From Dehalococcoidia bacterium (lineage in GTDB: Bacteria; Chloroflexota; Dehalococcoidia; GIF9; UBA5629), in assembly GCA_049694415.1 (NCBI GenBank), contig JBAVQV010000096.1:3099-67098 (forward strand): a DNA stretch of 64,000 bases, written 5' to 3'. The notes under the pieces are model-generated. The model saw only the letters and a program-made list of their open reading frames with translations. It was not told the origin of the DNA and ran no database searches. A program made the translations under genes and the position numbers. Positions 61,298 to 64,000 of this stretch are shown piece by piece (position 1 is the first letter of the stretch; each line of letters opens with the position of its first letter).

Positions 61298-62461
61298 TCA
61301 ATTGCTTGAAAACAACCTGCCCAGCAAGGGACTTTCTATCAGAATGGCTCCATCGGGGCAGGTTTCCTGGCAGCAATAGCAGCGAATACAGCGGTCGTAG
61401 TTATGCCTGGGCGGCTGGGATTTGTCACCTTTATACCAATCAACGGCCTTGGGCCGGACAGGACACATCTTAACGCAGACACCGCAAAGGTCGCACCTGG
61501 CTTTGTCGATAACCGGCCTCTGGGTTATTCTGTTCTTGATGAAGGTGCTGAACCGGCCGCCTGAACTGTGGGCTGGAGGCGTTCGATTTACTTCAAAACC
61601 GGGGTCGAAAAAGGAATCGATATCTCCGCCTACCAGTTCAATGTTCTCAGAACGGTATGTTCCCAGTTTGGATTCTTCACCGGGCTGGCTGGTGGGTACG
61701 ATGGCGGGATTAAGGTTGATAATCCGGCAGGCTGTGGCATCCAGGGCTATGGGGTCGCTGGAGAATAACAGGACATTTAACTGCTTCAGCTTGCCACTCC
61801 TGGGACCGTTACCCTCCATGGCTGTAATCCCATCCATAATGTAGAGGCGTGGCTTTATAAGCGTATTCAAATCAACCAGCATGGCGGCGAAATCGTAGGG
61901 GTCGGGCAGTTTAACGTGGTACTGGCTCTTCAGCAGGCCAGGGATACAGCCAAATTGATTTTTTACGGCTCCGGTAAACAGCATAAAGCCGTGCGTTTTG
62001 AGCCGGGGCAAACTTACCAGACCATCACTGTCCAGTACGCCATTGGCAATGACGAACTTCTTTACCAGTAGGGCATTCTTATGACTGACCGATTTGCCGG
62101 AATCGAAATCGGCTAATTTGAGCTGCAATTCATCACCGACCTGCTTCAAGCCGGCTCTTCTCATATTGGGCTCACATTTGCCGAACGCCGGGGAGTCGCC
62201 ATAAGACACGACGGCGCTGGCTTCTTTGAGCAGGCCGGCTGCGGCTCTGAATACGGCGGTATGCGTGGTCACGCCGTTATTGGGACTGGTGCCAATCAAC
62301 ACATTTGGTTTCAGTACTATTCGGTCATCGGGTTTGACGAAGGCGGAGACTCCGCCGAGAAGGTCGAGACCGGCTCGAACGGCTGTCAACACCTCATTAC
62401 TATCGTAGGAAACACATTTAACGAGGGCAACTTTTGACTTATTCGCCAATTGACGATTCAC
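61298..62461 (-). CDS. DUF362-domain protein with C-terminal 2x[4Fe-4S] ferredoxin domain
   Basis: C-terminus has CDLCGVCVKMCP and CIRCYCCQETCP. N-terminal ~300 aa is DUF362-like. Confidence 0.55.
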   Translation of the reverse strand: MNRQLANKSKVALVKCVSYDSNEVLTAVRAGLDLLGGVSAFVKPDDRIVLKPNVLIGTSPNNGVTTHTAVFRAAAGLLKEASAVVSYGDSPAFGKCEPNMRRAGLKQVGDELQLKLADFDSGKSVSHKNALLVKKFVIANGVLDSDGLVSLPRLKTHGFMLFTGAVKNQFGCIPGLLKSQYHVKLPDPYDFAAMLVDLNTLIKPRLYIMDGITAMEGNGPRSGKLKQLNVLLFSSDPIALDATACRIINLNPAIVPTSQPGEESKLGTYRSENIELVGGDIDSFFDPGFEVNRTPPAHSSGGRFSTFIKNRITQRPVIDKARCDLCGVCVKMCPVRPKAVDWYKGDKSQPPRHNYDRCIRCYCCQETCPDGAILIESPLLGRLFSSN

Positions 62462-63689
62462 TGTCCTTTTTCAGGATATAGTCACGGACAATTTTAAGAG
62501 ATGCTTCAACCAGCTCGGGTTCAATAGATTCAGTGACATCATCCTGTGTGTGATATACGAGGTCCTCACCGAATCTTCTGATATCAAAGCTAATACCTGC
62601 CATATTGATGGCTTCGACGCCGAGCTTGCCGAATTCAGCCGCATCCGTGCTGCCGGCACCGAAGGGCATAGAGGCGATTCGGGCTGGATAGCCCAGCGAT
62701 TTAGCGATATCGAGGCAGTCCTGCGCCATGGCACGGGACAGCCTTACGGATCCATTAAGGTCTTTCTCCAGAAAAGTGAGGTCTTGGAGCTGGTAAAGCG
62801 TATCGATGTTAAAGACATAAGTCTTGGTGTTCAGCATTTCTGTGGCGTGTTTCCGACAAAAGGCACGGGCGCCACGGAGGCCGGCTTCTTCGGCATCGAA
62901 AGAGGCTACTATCAAGCGAGTGTGGCGCAGAGGATTTTTGCCCGCTTTTTTGGCCTGGTGGAAAAGCCTGGCCGTCTCGCCGGCAATGGCTACGGCAATC
63001 ATATCATCGCCGGCAGCCGGTGATACTTCTCTCGTGGTGAAAAAGGCTAGCGGAAGCTGGAAAATGCCGCCGGCTAGTAATGCTATCGGTACCCACACGG
63101 GAAGGGGAACGCCAGACAGGAACAGGACGGTGTCAACTAGGGAAACGAGGAAACCGAGCAGCAAAAATAGTATGCCGGCGTTGATTAACCCGGCATAGTA
63201 CTTCGGGACGTAAGCCAGTAGCTGAAAAACATAGGCGGCGTCATGGTGGGCGCTGACCACAACCTGCTGCCTTACCTCGCCTTCCGGTTCGATGGAGCCG
63301 AAGACATTGTGCCCGGTGGCTTTGGGGAAATAGAAGTCGAGTAATTCCCAGTAGCGGACAAACTGGGCATAAAACATGAAGATTGACAGGCCGTAGACGA
63401 CAAGCGCCGTCAGCGGGAACCCGAAATATAACAGAATGGCGCCGGCAAAATAAAGGACCACGAGGGCAGGTATATATTTCAGGAAACTCTTGGGGTGGAC
63501 GGTGAAATCTTCCGCCTGCACCGAGCCCGGGTCGCAGTGCTTGATAAATTCCTGTTTGATCCGGTTGGCGGCGTTGCGGCAGGCTTCCGTTCCCGCCAGG
63601 CGGTTGGGGTAGCCTTCTACGATTTCGTCGGTAAATTTGAAGACGCGCCGGACGTGGGTTTTGGTTATGTTCAGGCTGGAGATTTTCAT
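62439..63689 (-). CDS. M28-family peptidase with internal TM segments
   Basis: The PA/M28 zinc-peptidase region is SAHHDA...ASFDAEEAGLRGARAF (metal-ligand pattern Hx D...EE...D...H). Hydrophobic helices lie at residues ~80-120 and ~150-210. Overlaps the DUF362 gene by 23 nt. Confidence 0.6.
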   Translation of the reverse strand: MKISSLNITKTHVRRVFKFTDEIVEGYPNRLAGTEACRNAANRIKQEFIKHCDPGSVQAEDFTVHPKSFLKYIPALVVLYFAGAILLYFGFPLTALVVYGLSIFMFYAQFVRYWELLDFYFPKATGHNVFGSIEPEGEVRQQVVVSAHHDAAYVFQLLAYVPKYYAGLINAGILFLLLGFLVSLVDTVLFLSGVPLPVWVPIALLAGGIFQLPLAFFTTREVSPAAGDDMIAVAIAGETARLFHQAKKAGKNPLRHTRLIVASFDAEEAGLRGARAFCRKHATEMLNTKTYVFNIDTLYQLQDLTFLEKDLNGSVRLSRAMAQDCLDIAKSLGYPARIASMPFGAGSTDAAEFGKLGVEAINMAGISFDIRRFGEDLVYHTQDDVTESIEPELVEASLKIVRDYILKKDSESSIGE

Positions 63690-63749
63690 GGTGAAATGCT
63701 GCGGTAATGTTAGGACGCAGGTGGATAGTTGTCAAATAAAAAGAAAATC

Positions 63750-63827
63750 CCACTTTATCCCCCTTTAGAAAAGGGGGAGGGGTAGGGTGAGGTCATCGGA
63801 TTCCAGGACAGGTGAACTGACCTGTCC
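63750..63827. terminator. two hairpins (CCCCCTTT-AGA-AAAGGGGG; GGACAGG-N8-CCTGTCC) downstream of the partial SDR gene
   Basis: Stems read directly from the sequence. They lie between the SDR stop (63829) and the start of the M28 peptidase gene. Confidence 0.45.
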
Positions 63828-63828
63828 G

Positions 63829-64000
<172 letters not shown>

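Noticed and set aside
63241-63753. 170-aa minus-strand ORF (Arg/Pro-rich) overlapping the 5' part of the M28 peptidase gene in another frame
   Set aside because: It has low-complexity composition and lies fully within the better-supported peptidase ORF. No RBS or domain.

Overview
This 64-kb window looks like chromosomal DNA from an anaerobic bacterium, about 47% GC. The gene content and order loosely resemble Dehalococcoidia/Chloroflexota, but I am not confident of that. A conserved housekeeping backbone runs through it: selB, thrS-infC-rpmI-rplT-pheS-pheT, proS, then ispG-rseP-dxr-cdsA-frr-pyrH-tsf-rpsB, plus speB-speH-cinA-thiC with a TPP riboswitch. Several accessory features interrupt it. 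(1) An intact tRNA-Sec (selC, minus strand, 6067..6163) is paired with a 68-nt direct repeat of its 3' half at 3274..3341. The two bracket a ~2.7-kb degraded integrative element that carries only an N-terminal integrase fragment, a membrane protein and a double zinc-ribbon/HTH protein. (2) A chagasin-like (I42) lipoprotein gene is interrupted by an in-frame TAG. (3) Two paralogous surface proteins with Ig-like repeats and a C-terminal TM anchor. (4) A 15-kb catabolic cluster beside tRNA-Asp: two acyl-CoA ligases; a fusion of an HMG-CoA-synthase-like domain with DUF35; an SCP2-type thiolase; two MaoC hot-dog proteins; an SDR; and a Liv-type ABC transporter. The transporter's substrate-binding protein carries an extra C-terminal domain that is duplicated almost identically as a stand-alone lipoprotein, terminator hairpins included. 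A 3' fragment of one ligase gene is also tandemly duplicated. Two tRNAs (Leu-TAG, Asp-GTC), a GC-rich DnaJ-type zinc-finger mini-protein, a microsatellite-encoded TETETETE/DADADA insertion in tsf and several strong hairpins or terminators are also present. I found no CRISPR array, rRNA or complete transposase.
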